Assembly (NCBI RefSeq): GCF_006345805.1
Contig: NC_043004.1
Coordinates: 82,894,001 to 82,958,000, forward strand
DNA length: 64,000 bases
DNA from: Octopus sinensis
Taxonomy: Eukaryota
Direction of reading: 5' to 3'
Shown: one piece after another, positions 52,081 through 64,000 of the stretch
How the letters are laid out: each line of letters starts with the position of its first letter
How positions within the stretch are numbered: the stretch's first letter is position 1
The notes under the pieces: model-generated
Seen by the model: only the letters and a program-made list of their open reading frames with translations
What the model was told of the DNA's origin: nothing
Databases searched by the model: none
Translations under genes and position numbers: made by a program

Positions 52081-53483
52081 ATTCCTTAGCAGTTCCAGTT
52101 GTTACATTCCTTAGCAGTTCCAGTTGTTACTTATAGCTACAATGTGTTGAACTGGAATATGAATGAAGTAAAGGATATAGACAGGAAAATACGCAAGCTG
52201 CTGAGTTGCAATAGGATGCACCACAAAGAGGCAGACGTACATCGCCTTTACCTTCGCAGAGCCCAAGGAGGTCGAGGCCTGATCCAATTTGAACTAGCTT
52301 ACAAAACAACCACAATTGGACTGGCCAAATATCTTGAAATAACGAATGACTGGATGCTAAATCTCGTGGAAAATCATGAGAGACGAAAGAAGCTTCATTC
52401 TATCATAAAGGAAAGCAAAACATTTGCTATTGATCTCGTGCAGGATACCCAAACTGAACAACCCGAGGGAAGTACAGCAACTATTGTTGCAAAGAAGGTG
52501 AAAATAATGGCAACGAAAAAAGCGCACAAGCAATTGGCTGATAGGTGGGAGGAGAAACCTCTGCACGGCAAATATGTGACCCGCAGGAAACAAGCTGATG
52601 TTGACCAGAAGCAAACCCATCAGTGAATACGGAGCTCAGGGCTAAAAGCAGAGAGCGACGGTTTCATCCTGGCTGCTCAAGATCAAAGCCTATTAACCCG
52701 GAACTACCAGGCCAATGTAATGAAAAATGGAGCAGACCCAAAATGCCGATTCTGCAACGACATGATTGAAACAGTGGACCACCTAATCTCTGGATGTAAA
52801 GTCTTAGCACCAGTGGAGTATAAATTAAGACATGACTGAGTTGGCCAATATCTACACTGGCTAATAAGTCGGCATTACAATATCAAAACTGCCGACATGT
52901 GGTATAATCACCACCCTGAAGCTGTAACTGAAGGAGAAAATGTAACCATTCTGTGGGACTTTCCAGTACATACAGACCGAACCATCAAAGCCAATAAACC
53001 AGATATTGTTGTGAAAGACAAAAACAATAAAGTTTGCTTATTGATCGACATGAGCATCCCCTGTGATCATAATATCTCGGCGAAAGAGTTTGACAAGCTC
53101 AGAAAATATAAAGACCTGCTCATTGAAATTGAGAAAATGCGGCATCGCAAGGCGGTTACAATACCAATGATCGTAGGAGCACTAGGAATGATCAAGAAGG
53201 GAACCAAAAATTATATGAGAATGATCCCTGGCTTACCATCCCTGCAAGAAGTGCAAAAGATTGTCTTAACTGGTACATCACTCGTATTGAGAAGAGCATT
53301 GTCGCTGTGAGAACTGTTACTGCCCATGTATTTTAATTTAACCCTAAAAAAGAAAAAAAAATATGAACGAACTATTGAGTTTGGTTTAATGGCCTACCAA
53401 TGTATACTGTGAGTTTCTTTACCCTAGGAGTCGGGATGACGCTCGGCAAGAAATGGAAGCAAATTTGAAAGAAGAAGAAAAAC
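52081..53483 (+). mobile_element. R4/Dong-type LINE, subfamily B, 5'-truncated
   Basis: MHHKEADVHRLY, CRFC knuckle, ILWDFPVHTDRTIKANKPDIVV RLE; distinct 3' UTR; (AAT)n flanks. Confidence 0.9.
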
Positions 53484-53484
53484 A

Positions 53485-53513
<29 letters not shown>

Positions 53514-53515
<2 letters not shown>

Positions 53516-54091
53516 GACATGACAGAGTTGGGACCTACATACACTGGAAACTATGCCAACTTTATGGAATAACAACAGAAAAAAGATGGTATAGGCACAC
53601 ACCAGAAAAGGTCACAGAAAACGAGAAAGCAACCATACTCTGGGATATGCCGATACACACAGATAGGGAAATTAAGGCCAACAGACCAGATATAGTTGTC
53701 AGAGATCATTAACAAAAAATGCTTTCTAATTGATGTATCAATGCCAGCAGATGACACCGTGTCTCTAAAAGAAATGGAGAAACTTTCAAAATACAAAGAC
53801 CTGCAAATAGAGGCAACCAGAATGTGGAATCTAAAAACAAACAATTCCCATCATAGTAGGTGCATTAGGCATGATAATAAAAATATTCAGACAAATACAT
53901 AACAAAATCACCAGGACTTACAAACACATATAACATACAGAAAATTGCACTACTGGGCACTGCCCACATTCTACGCAGAACATTGTCCATACAATAACCA
54001 TCAGAGCATCACAACAAATCACAGCACATACCCAAGGCAGACAGAGCTCCGCCCGGTAGTGAAGTAAAAGCACGCTATAAAAATAAAACCA

Positions 54092-54094
<3 letters not shown>
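53514..54094 (+). mobile_element. R4/Dong-type LINE, subfamily A, 3' fragment
   Basis: Near-identical to 51420-52002; (AAT)n flanks. Confidence 0.9.
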
Positions 54095-54180
<86 letters not shown>

Positions 54181-54204
54181 TGATGGTGATGATATTAAAT
54201 AATA

Positions 54205-54688
54205 ATGTTTGTGTTAGTATAAAAGATGGACTACAGCAAATATTCTGCTCAATACCAGAAATTTTGTTGTCAGTTATTTGACCATAAGCACTAGAGCATT
54301 TCTCTTAGTGGCTGACGATATGTGCATCTCTGATCATGATCAGAAGTAGAGGGGATCATGAACAGATATAATGTGTTAAGGTGAATTCTTTGACGTTTGG
54401 AAAATTCACTTTTCAATACGTAGGTGCTTCGTTCAACATCCTTAACAAATCCTTATTTAGGAAACTTATGAGCAGGATGTGCTACTCAACCTGAAGAAAA
54501 TTATAACTGGGCCCCACCTGCAATGTCATGCGCTGTTTATCTTGATATGAAATCACCATGTCGCGCACATATTGTTGTGATGCATGTGCCTGGTGTACCC
54601 TTATCAGATGGGTTGTCCTGATGGGTATACTGTGCTTCGTATATTTTATCCCAGTGTCACTTTGATGGCATGAACTGTTCACTCACTC
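54205..54688 (+). mobile_element. AAT-flanked element, 5'-truncated copy
   Basis: Homologous to the 3' ~480 bp of 9247-9803. Confidence 0.75.
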
Positions 54689-54735
<47 letters not shown>

Positions 54736-54781
54736 TAATAATAATAATAATAATATTAATAATAATAATAATAATAATAAC

Positions 54782-54816
<35 letters not shown>

Positions 54817-54834
54817 GGATAATGATAATAATAC

Positions 54835-55475
54835 AAATAAACACACCAGAAAGTGATAAAATGGTGAAACCGTATGGGATGTTACCAGGCAATTTACGCC
54901 ACTAGCGCAGAATGAATATAAGGGACGCCAGGATAATATAGCAAGGCTTGTCCATTAGACACTTTGTAAGAAGTATGGACTTGATAGAACAAAAATTGGT
55001 ACGACCAGAAACCCGAAGGCAACATCGAAAATATTAATGCAAAGATCCTATGGGGTTTTATGATTCAATGTGACCATGAGATAGAGAATAGGAAGCTAGA
55101 CATTGTCTTAATTGAGAAAGCGAGCAAACTATACTGGATCATAGATATAGCATGCCCAGCTGTCAAGGTATGCGATAAGGGAAAGGGAAAAGTCGACAGA
55201 TATGACCGGTTAGCTTGGGAGGTTAAGCAGTTGTGGTCGACGAAAAAAGTGGTAGTAGTACCAATAACTGTCGGAGACCTGAGAACAGTGAGTAAAAATC
55301 TTGCAAGTACATGGAACAAATAGGGGCTGCAATAAGGATGGGAACACTTGCAGAAAACAACACTGCTTGGAACCGCTGGAATACGCGGGAAGGTGCTGGA
55401 AAAATAAGAGGTATTACCTTAGTTCACTGGTAGTGAACAGCTGTCAATGTAGTACATCTCCAGTGTTAGAAGACG
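54835..55475 (+). mobile_element. R4-like LINE fragments (fourth subfamily; RLE region)
   Basis: IQCDHEIENRKLDIVLIEK...WIIDIACP...VVVVPITVG; LQKTTLLGTAGIRGKVL; (AAT)n flanks. Confidence 0.7.
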
Positions 55476-55484
55476 TGGAAAGAA

Positions 55485-55516
<32 letters not shown>

Positions 55517-55576
55517 GAAGAAGAAGAAGAAGAAGAAGATGAAGAAGAAGAAGAAGAAGAAGAAGAAGAAGAAGAA

Positions 55577-55917
55577 TATAGAGAACCCCTTCGGTCATGA
55601 CTGACCGTGGAATTGCACCTAGATCGTTACCCTCCCAGGCACAAGTCTGGGCAATTTTGTTTATGGAAGACCAGCAGTCGCCCAAGCATATTAGCCTCCC
55701 CTCTCCACGCCACCAGTGTTATCCAAGGGAAAGGCAACGGCTGATATAGCTTGGCACCTGTGACGTCGCAACTCATTTCTACAGCTGAGTGAACTGGAGC
55801 AACGTGAGATAAAGTGTCTTACTAGTGAACACAACACGCAGCCCGGTCCGGGATTCGAACTCACAACTCCACGGTCGTAAGCTCGACGCTGTAACCACTG
55901 AGCCATTCGCCTTCACC
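55577..55917 (-). mobile_element. Full-length tRNA-derived SINE with (GAA)n tail
   Basis: A-box TGGCTCAGTGG, B-box AGTTCGAATCC, internal CAGCTGTAGAAATGAGT; tail 55515-55575. Confidence 0.8.
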
Positions 55918-55929
55918 ATAATAATAATG

Positions 55930-56006
<77 letters not shown>

Positions 56007-56007
<1 letters not shown>

Positions 56008-59000
56008 GCTCATGGTAGACCAAAAGAAAACAGCAATAATGTAGACGAAATAGGTAACAGTAGCACAGAAGCCAGGGTACAAGCGGCAAATCAACTTCCC
56101 AATGGGGAAGTTAAACAAAGAATAGCGAAGACGAGAGATTTGAAAAAAGAGGAGAACGTAGACCTTCCTCAAGAAAACCAAAATAGATATGACATAGAAT
56201 TTGAGGTGAATAATAGAGAAAAGATTATGGAAGCAAAAGTGGACATTATGAGAGAACTCGGCAAGATTGAGCTCACTGACATGGTTAATAGAGAACCACT
56301 ACCAAAGTTTTCAAATGGCACAAGAAATAACAACACAATCATGACATATAACGTTGCCCTAGGACAGATCTTAAGAAATAAGGGGAATGATTTGACAACC
56401 TTAAATAATCTCATTTATTCCACTGCTAAAGTAGTAACTACCCAACTAGGTATTAAGATGACAAAGAAAAAGGCCAGGCATGTCAATGAACCTCCTAAGT
56501 GGAAAGTAGCGATACAAAAAGAGATTGAATCTCTGCGGGCGGATGTTTCAGTTCTCGATGAGCTTGCTAGAGGAGTGAATATTAAGCCGAGAAAAGCTAG
56601 AAAAATCAAGCAAAAATATAAAATCAAAGATCTCATAAACCTCCCTGCAACTAAGGAACTGTTGAAACAACGGATACAGTTGAAAGCTCAACGGCTTAGA
56701 AGGTATGACAAAAGAAACAAATTTTATCGACAAAATAAATTTTTTAAGACAAATGCAAAGAAATTTTATAGGGAAATTGGCAAAAATAAAATACACATAG
56801 AAGATCTACCTAAGATTGAGGAAGTGGAGGAGTTCTGGAAGAAGATATGGAGCAACGAAAAAGTGTTTAATGCTGAGGCTGACTGGATAGAACGTGAGAA
56901 AGAGAGACTGGATGAACTTGAAGAACAGAAATGGGAAGCAATAGGAATAGAGGAGCTAAGGTGTGTCCTTAGGAAGGCTCATAAATGGAAAACCCCAGGA
57001 CTGGATCGGATCCCTAACTTCTGGCTGAATTGTTTGACAGAGGTACACGAACATCTCGCTGCATCTCTGTCTGATGTCATTCAGAACCCAGAGCAAATAC
57101 CTGCTTGGCTGACTGAAGGAACCACCTACCTATTACCTAAAACCGAAGACACAAAAACCCAAAGAATTACCGGCCAATAACATGTCTCAACACCAACTAC
57201 AAAATCCTCACATCCATAATAACAGAGAGAATGTACGCTTTCCTTGAACAAAATTCTATCCTTCCACAAGCTCAAAAAGGTTGTAAAAGAAACTCTTATG
57301 GGTGCAAAGACCAATTGCTCATAAACAGAATGATTGTAGAGAATTGCCGGAGCAAAAACAAAAACCTGAGTATGGCATGGATAGACTACAGGAAAGCGTA
57401 TGACAGTGTCCCACATAAATGGATACTCAAGGCCCTTGAGATATACAAGATCACTCCTGTCGTCTCAAAATTCTTAGAGAATAGCATGACCATGTGGAAC
57501 ACACGTCTCTTTCTAAGCCATAGTAATGGGATGAGCCAGTCCAACAGCATCAACATCAAACGAGGCATCTTTCAAGGTGACTCCCTCTCTCCATTACTTT
57601 TTGCATGGCACTGATCCCACTCTCAAACGAATTGGATAGTACCAGATACGGGTACAAAGTTTTTAGTAAGTTAATAAACCACCTTTTATATATGGACGAC
57701 CTAAAGCTGTTTGCCAGGAATGACCAAGAGCTAGAAGGGCTGCTAATAACTGTTAAAGAGTTTAGCAATGATATCGGAATGGATTTTGGCCTTGATAAGT
57801 GTGCTAAAGCAACTTTTGTAAGAGGCAAGCTCAGACAAACAGCTTCTGTTAAATTAGATATTGACACTACCATCAAGGAACTTGACCCACAGGAAAGTTA
57901 CAAATACCTAGGAATCAACGAAGGAGATGGTATACATCATGCTACTATGAAGGAAAACATAAGAAAGGAGTACTATAGGAGAATAAGGCTTGTACTGAAG
58001 ACTGAACTCAACTCCAAAAATTGCATTGAAGCCATTAACACCCTGGCACTTCCAGTAGTCCAGTACAGTTTTAATATCATTAACTGGAACCTTACGGAAC
58101 TCCAACGCTTAGACAGGAAGACAAGAAAGTTACTGACATCCAAGAGCATGCACCACCCTAAGGCAGATGTAGACCGCTGGTACCTACCTAGAAGCAGCGG
58201 GGGGAGAGGAATGATGCAATTAGAGCTGTGCTATAAGACCTCTACTGTAGGAATGAACAGGTACCTATCTAGTACAAAGGACTGGATGCTGCGACTTGTG
58301 TGAGAACACGAAAGCAGCAAAAAGCTGCATTCTATTGTCAAGGAAGCTTATAAGTTCGAAAGGGAACTAGACATTAACCTTGAATCAGATGAAGAGCCGG
58401 AAACCACTGCTACCAAGCAAGCAAAGCGAATCAAGCAGACTGCAAAAAAGAACGGGCAGAATCAAATTGAGAGGCGGTGGAGCCAGAAGCCCCTGCATGG
58501 ACAATATATTCTCCGAAGCCAAAATGCTGATGTAGACCAAACAACAACCCATCAGTGGCTGAAGAGCTCTGGATTGAAAGCAGAGACTGAAGGTTTCATA
58601 ATGGCAGCACAAGATCAAAGCTTGTTTACCAGAAATTACCAGGCTAACGTTCCCCGAAACGGTACTGACCCTAAATGCAGATTCTGCGACACATTTGACG
58701 AAACGATAGACCATCTCGTTTCGGGATGTCCTGTGCTGACACCAAACGAATACAAAAATCGCCACGATAGGGTAGGACAGTATATACATTGGAAGATATG
58801 TAAACACTACAAATCCGACACTCCTGCTAACTGGTATGAACACCATCCTCAGCCAGTTGTTGAAGGTAAAGATGTCACCATCCTCTGGGATTTTCCAGTC
58901 AACACTGACAGAACGATCAAGGCTAATCGACCAGACATAATTGTTAAAGACAGGAAGAAAATACTTGCAGACTAATAGAAGTAAGCGTCCCCACTGATAA

Positions 59001-59395
59001 AAATGTATCTGTCAAGGAATTTGACAAACTTAGTAAATATAAGGACCTGGAAATCGAAATACAGAGGATGTGGAATCTTAAAACAAAAACTGTTCCTGTT
59101 ATTGTAGGTGCCCTAGGTATGATAAAAAAGGGATGTCAGAAACACCTAGACAATATCCCTGGAAAACCATGTCTCAAGGAAATCCAAAAGATTGTGCTAA
59201 CAAGTACTGCCCACATCCTTAGAAAAACCCTATCAATGTAAATGTTTGTGTTTGCATTACATGGAGATATATCTCTACTCCCCCTCCCCAAGCTTTCAGC
59301 TATATTTCAACAACTCTTAACCTTCACTTGCCCTTGGGCAATGGGTGTGCCCCGGCAGGTGATTGCATCAAACATGCAGATTAAAAGTAAATGAC
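56007..59395 (+). mobile_element. R4/Dong-type RLE LINE, subfamily C, long copy with frameshifts
   Basis: PPKWK, KTPGLDRIPNFW, DYRKAYDS, GIFQGD, YMDD, CRFC, RPDIIV; frameshifts near 57165 and 57600, stop at 58301-58303; (AAT)n flanks. Confidence 0.93.
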
Positions 59396-59418
59396 AATGA
59401 TAATAATAATAATAATAA

Positions 59419-59963
59419 ATGCCCTGATGCAGTACCAGGCAGTGGCTCTCATGGCTTCTGATCTTAACTGATTGGAAGTGTTATCATGTACATTGTTTTG
59501 TCTTGGTATAAAAGATGGGCTACAGAAAATATTCTGCTCAATACCACAGATTTGCTTGTCAGTTGTTTGACCTTAACCAGTTGAGCATGTCCCTTAGTGG
59601 CTGACGATATGTGTATCTCTGATCACGAGCAGAAGTAGTAGGGGAGCATCATAGCGATGTTTTGAGAGGGATTCTTTAGGGTTTGAATAATTCACCTCTG
59701 GAAACATGGGTGGTTCTTTCAACACCCTTATTCAGGGACCTTTTGAGCGGGATGGGCTACTCAACCTGAAGAAAATTCTAACTGGGCCCCCACCTGCAAG
59801 GTCATGTGCTGTTTATCTTGATATGAGATCACCATGTCGCGCACATATGTTTGAGATGCATGTGCCTGGTATACAATTATCAGACGGGTAGTCATGATGG
59901 GTATATTGGGCTTCGTATATTTTACCCCAGTGTCACTTTGATGGCATGAACTGCTCTCTCACA
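59419..59963 (+). mobile_element. AAT-flanked ~560-bp element, full copy
   Basis: Near-identical to 9247-9803 and 25273-25775 (reverse complement). Confidence 0.82.
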
Positions 59964-59964
59964 C

Positions 59965-60020
<56 letters not shown>

Positions 60021-60029
60021 TAATAATAC

Positions 60030-63000
60030 TTGTTACACAAAAAGTACGAAAAACTACACGTGCAGAACAATGTGACAACAGAAATGACCGGACCGGTACC
60101 CTACGAAAATGATGACCGTCAAAACAAAGGGCCGGACATTGTTCCTCATGACCCGCAAATAAAACCAAAAAGGCATAAATGGACAATCCTACACGCTTAC
60201 TTTACAGCTGTGCTCTACCCAAAGAAAGAATATACAACAACATATACATATAAAATATGGAAGAAAAATGACATAAATAAAGACATGGATATAGCAATGA
60301 ACCCTAATAAACTATCTAACATACGACGATATATCAGAAATAGAAATAGAACACTTAAAAGAAAAAATACATCAGAAAAATGTAGATGGAAGCCACACAA
60401 CAATGCTAAATAATATAAACACTGAGCTAGTAAAACACCGAAGACAAACGTAATTTTTCCTACAAAAACGAAGTAAACGAAAACCAACAAACCCAGACCG
60501 TACGAAAAGCAGCAAGCCAAAACACGACAGACAAACATACGAATGAGAAAGAAAGCGACACAAATCTAAAACCTGGAAACACGAAGGGGAGCATAATGAC
60601 TATGATATTATAAAAAGTAGAATAATCAAAGAACTGAAAACCACAGATCTCAAAATGGACCACCGACCATACCTCCTAAAAAAATAGACAAAAACAACAT
60701 CAATAATAAATATATTTCTTTACTACCCACAAGGGGCTAAACATAGAGGGGACAAACAAGGACAGACAAAGGGATTAAGTCGATTACATCAACCCCAGTG
60801 CATAACTGGTACTTAATTTATTGACCCCGAAAGGATGAAAGGCAAAGTCGACCTCGGCGGAATTTGAACTCACAACGTAACGGCAGACGAAATACCGCTA
60901 AGCATTTCGCCCAGCGCGCTAACGCTTCTGCCAGCTCGCCGCCTACGCTTCTGCCAGCTCGCCGCCTAATAACATCAATAATAATTAGCATAAACCTAGC
61001 CGTCACGGAACGAATAGCCACTGAAACAAATAGCGATATCACTGAGCTAAATGACATAGTATATGCAGCAGCCACTGCAGCCACAAAAGAAGCTGGATAC
61101 TCACTCAAACCCAACCAAACAGGAGTACAATCACCCAAACAAACCCTGTGGATAAATAACATCCAAGAAAACGGACAAAAGTGAGAAACGATCTGTTGAT
61201 TCTTAACGAAATTAGTATATAACCAACGCTACTAAGCAACAAAACGAAAGCAAAAATACTGTGCAAATACAACATCATAGAAAGAGATTTACCTGAGATA
61301 AATGAAAAGCTAAAGCAAGATATCCTCTCCAAAGCAAAAAGGATCTGCCGGTATGAGAAACGCCAACGTTTCTTTGAACAAAACAGTTCAAATCCAACCC
61401 CAAAAAGTTCTACCAAGAACTTGGCAAAAATAAAATAGACATCACTACAGCACCTTCGACAGAAGTGGAAGAATTCTGGAAAGTAGTATGGTCGGCGAAT
61501 GAAGAACCACAAAAAAGGAGTATTAAAACACCAAACTTAGCATCTGAGCAACTTTGGACTCCCATAACAATGGAAGAGGTCACCCAGGCACTTCAAAGTC
61601 TAAACAACTGAAAGTCACCTGGGCATGACAAGATCCCCAACTTCTGGCTGAAATATCTGACAGGAATGCACAAAAAGCTGGCTGAAACATTTTAACAACA
61701 TACTGGCAGAGCCAGAGACAATGCTTGAATGGCTCACCAAAGGGAAAACCATCTTAATTCCCAAATTCAATGAAACGACGAAACCAGAAAACTACAGACC
61801 TATAACCTTTCTCCCTACAATGTACAAGGCATTTACTGCAGTAATATCGCAAAGATTGAACAAGCACCTGGACGAAAACAACTTGTTTCCAGAAGAGCAG
61901 AAAGGATGTCGCAAGGACTCATATGGCTGTAAAGATCAACTAATGATCAATAAAGCCATACCTGAAGACAGCCACAGAAAGAAGAAAAGTCTCAGTATGG
62001 CCTGGATCGACTACCGAAAGGCGTTTGATAGCATTCCCCGCATGTGGATCCTCGAAACACTAGCCATTAACAAGGTAGCACCAACAATTATAAAATACAT
62101 AGGACATTCTATGAATAAATGGCAGACAGTGCTACAGCTCCAAACAAAAGACGGACTCGTGAAAACCACAGCCTTCCCCATTAGAAGAGGAATATTTCAG
62201 GGAGACACGCTCTCTCCAGTCCTTTTCTGCTTGACACTGTCACCTCTATCTGATATACTAAATAGAACTGGATGCTGGAAACACTACTACAGGCAGTTCA
62301 TGGATTTACCAAAGAAATAGATATGAAATTTGGATTAGAAAAATGCGCCAAAGTAACCATGAAAAGAGGAAAACTAGTTAAGAGTAGTATCCTCACACTA
62401 GATAAAACCAATGAAATAAAAGAATTAGACCATAGCCAAACTTACAAATATTTAGGAATCCATGAACTAGATAAGACACAACACACACAAATGAAAGAGA
62501 AAATAAAAAAGAATGTTATAGACAAGTTAGATCAATACTAAAAACAGAGCTCAATGCTAAAACCAAGATAATAGGTATCAACACTTTAGCCGTCCCAGTT
62601 ATAAGTTACAGCTACAATATCCTTAACTGGACACTAAATGAACTAACCAAAATAGATAGGAAAACAAGAAAAATAATGACAGGATCTAGGATGCATCACC
62701 CAAAATATGACATAGAAAGGCTATATATACAACGTATAGAAGGTGGTAGATGTCTTATACAGCTGGAAAACTATTATAAAATAATCAACATAGGACTTCA
62801 AAAATATCTACTTCAGAAGGAAGGAAAACTGATACAAATAGCGGCAAAACACGAGCAAAATAAAAAAAAAATGTTCACAGTATTTAAGGAAGCTGACAAG
62901 TACAAACAAAAAATCCTAACACCTAACAAATATGAAGAAGAAAAAGATGAAGAAACAACAAAAGCTATAAAACAAATCAAATCCAACCTAAAACAAGAAC

Positions 63001-63883
63001 TGCAACGGACCATGATAAAACGATGGCAAGAAAAGCCCCTTCATGGCAAATACTGGACTAAACTAAATGCAAAAGAAATACACAAAGAAAAATCCCAGCA
63101 ATGTTTGAAAATCTCAGGACTCAAAGCAGAGACAGAGGGATTTTTAATTGCAACACAAGATCAAAGCCTCCCCACAAGAAATTACCAAAAACATATAATG
63201 AAAAGAAATATAACAAATAACTGCAGAATATGTGGAGATGGACAAGAATCAATAAATCATATTATCTCTGGCTGCCCAATCCTAGCTAAGAAGGAATATA
63301 TTCACAGACACGACAGAGTTGGGACCTTCATACATTGGGAGTTATGCCAACATTATAGAATAACAACAGAAAAAAGATGGTATAGGCACACCTCAGAGAA
63401 GGTCACAGAAAACGAGAAAGCAACCATACTCTGGGATTTGCCAATAGACACAGATAAATTAAGGCCAACAGACCAGATATAATTGTCAGAGATCATTAAG
63501 AAAGAAATGCTTTCTGATTGATGTACCAATACCAGCAGATGACAACGCGTCTCTAAAAGAAATGGAGAAACTTTCAAAGTACAAAGACCTGGAAATAGAG
63601 GTAACTCGAATGTGGAATCCAAAAACAGAAACAATTCGTATCATAGTAGGTGCATTAGGCATGATAAAAAAATATTCAGACAAATACATAACAAAAACAC
63701 CAGGACATACAAACACATGTAACATACAGATGATTGCACTACTGGGCACTGCCCACATCCTACGGAAAACATTTTCAATACAGTAACCATCAGAGCATCG
63801 TAACAAAACACAGCACATACCCAAGGCACACAGAGCTGCGCTCGGTAGTGAAATGAAAACACGATATAAAAAAAAAACTATTG
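60030..63883 (+). mobile_element. R4/Dong-type LINE, subfamily A, near full-length, heavily mutated
   Basis: N-terminal RHKWT region, RT, CRIC knuckle, RLE and the same 3' UTR as 49152-52002; many stops and an internal deletion around the YMDD region; (AAT)n flanks. Confidence 0.9.
60710..60970 (-). mobile_element. OR2-like SINE inserted in the Dong element, 14-bp TSD
   Basis: TSD AACATCAATAATAA at 60696-60709 and 60971-60984. Confidence 0.88.
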
Positions 63884-63886
63884 AAC

Positions 63887-63950
<64 letters not shown>

Positions 63951-64000
63951 TACAGCCCAAACGTATATGTTACTCTTTAAACTTCCAAATCTTTCAATTT

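Overview
AT-rich eukaryotic DNA dense in microsatellites and transposable elements. The SINE families and the heavy (TA)n/(AAT)n load look like an Octopus genome; this is inferred from recalled repeat consensuses, not from a database search. The main non-repeat content is five paralogous, uninterrupted minus-strand coding exons of 357-362 codons (2595-1525, 6761-5685, 20391-19309, 30847-29765, 46575-45490). Each encodes an N-terminus plus about six hydrophobic helices resembling the insect gustatory/odorant receptor (GR/OR, 7TM ion channel) superfamily. All five end at the same homologous codon on a phase-0 GT donor, so TM7 is missing from every one, and I found no convincing TM7 exon between them. 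The best hypothesis is one alternatively spliced chemoreceptor locus: variable TM1-6 exons joined to shared C-terminal exon(s) beyond the left edge, as in Drosophila Gr28b/Gr39a. The rest is repeats: an RTE LINE 3' end, many tRNA-derived SINEs, mariner relics, Penelope-like relics with hammerhead-ribozyme-like motifs and inverted repeats, and Helitron/HINE-like elements. From about 49 kb to the end there is a head-to-tail stack of R4/Dong-type LINEs, each inserted in (AAT)n, interleaved with a ~560-bp non-coding element that is also AAT-flanked. Repeat boundaries are approximate unless target-site duplications (TSDs) are given.
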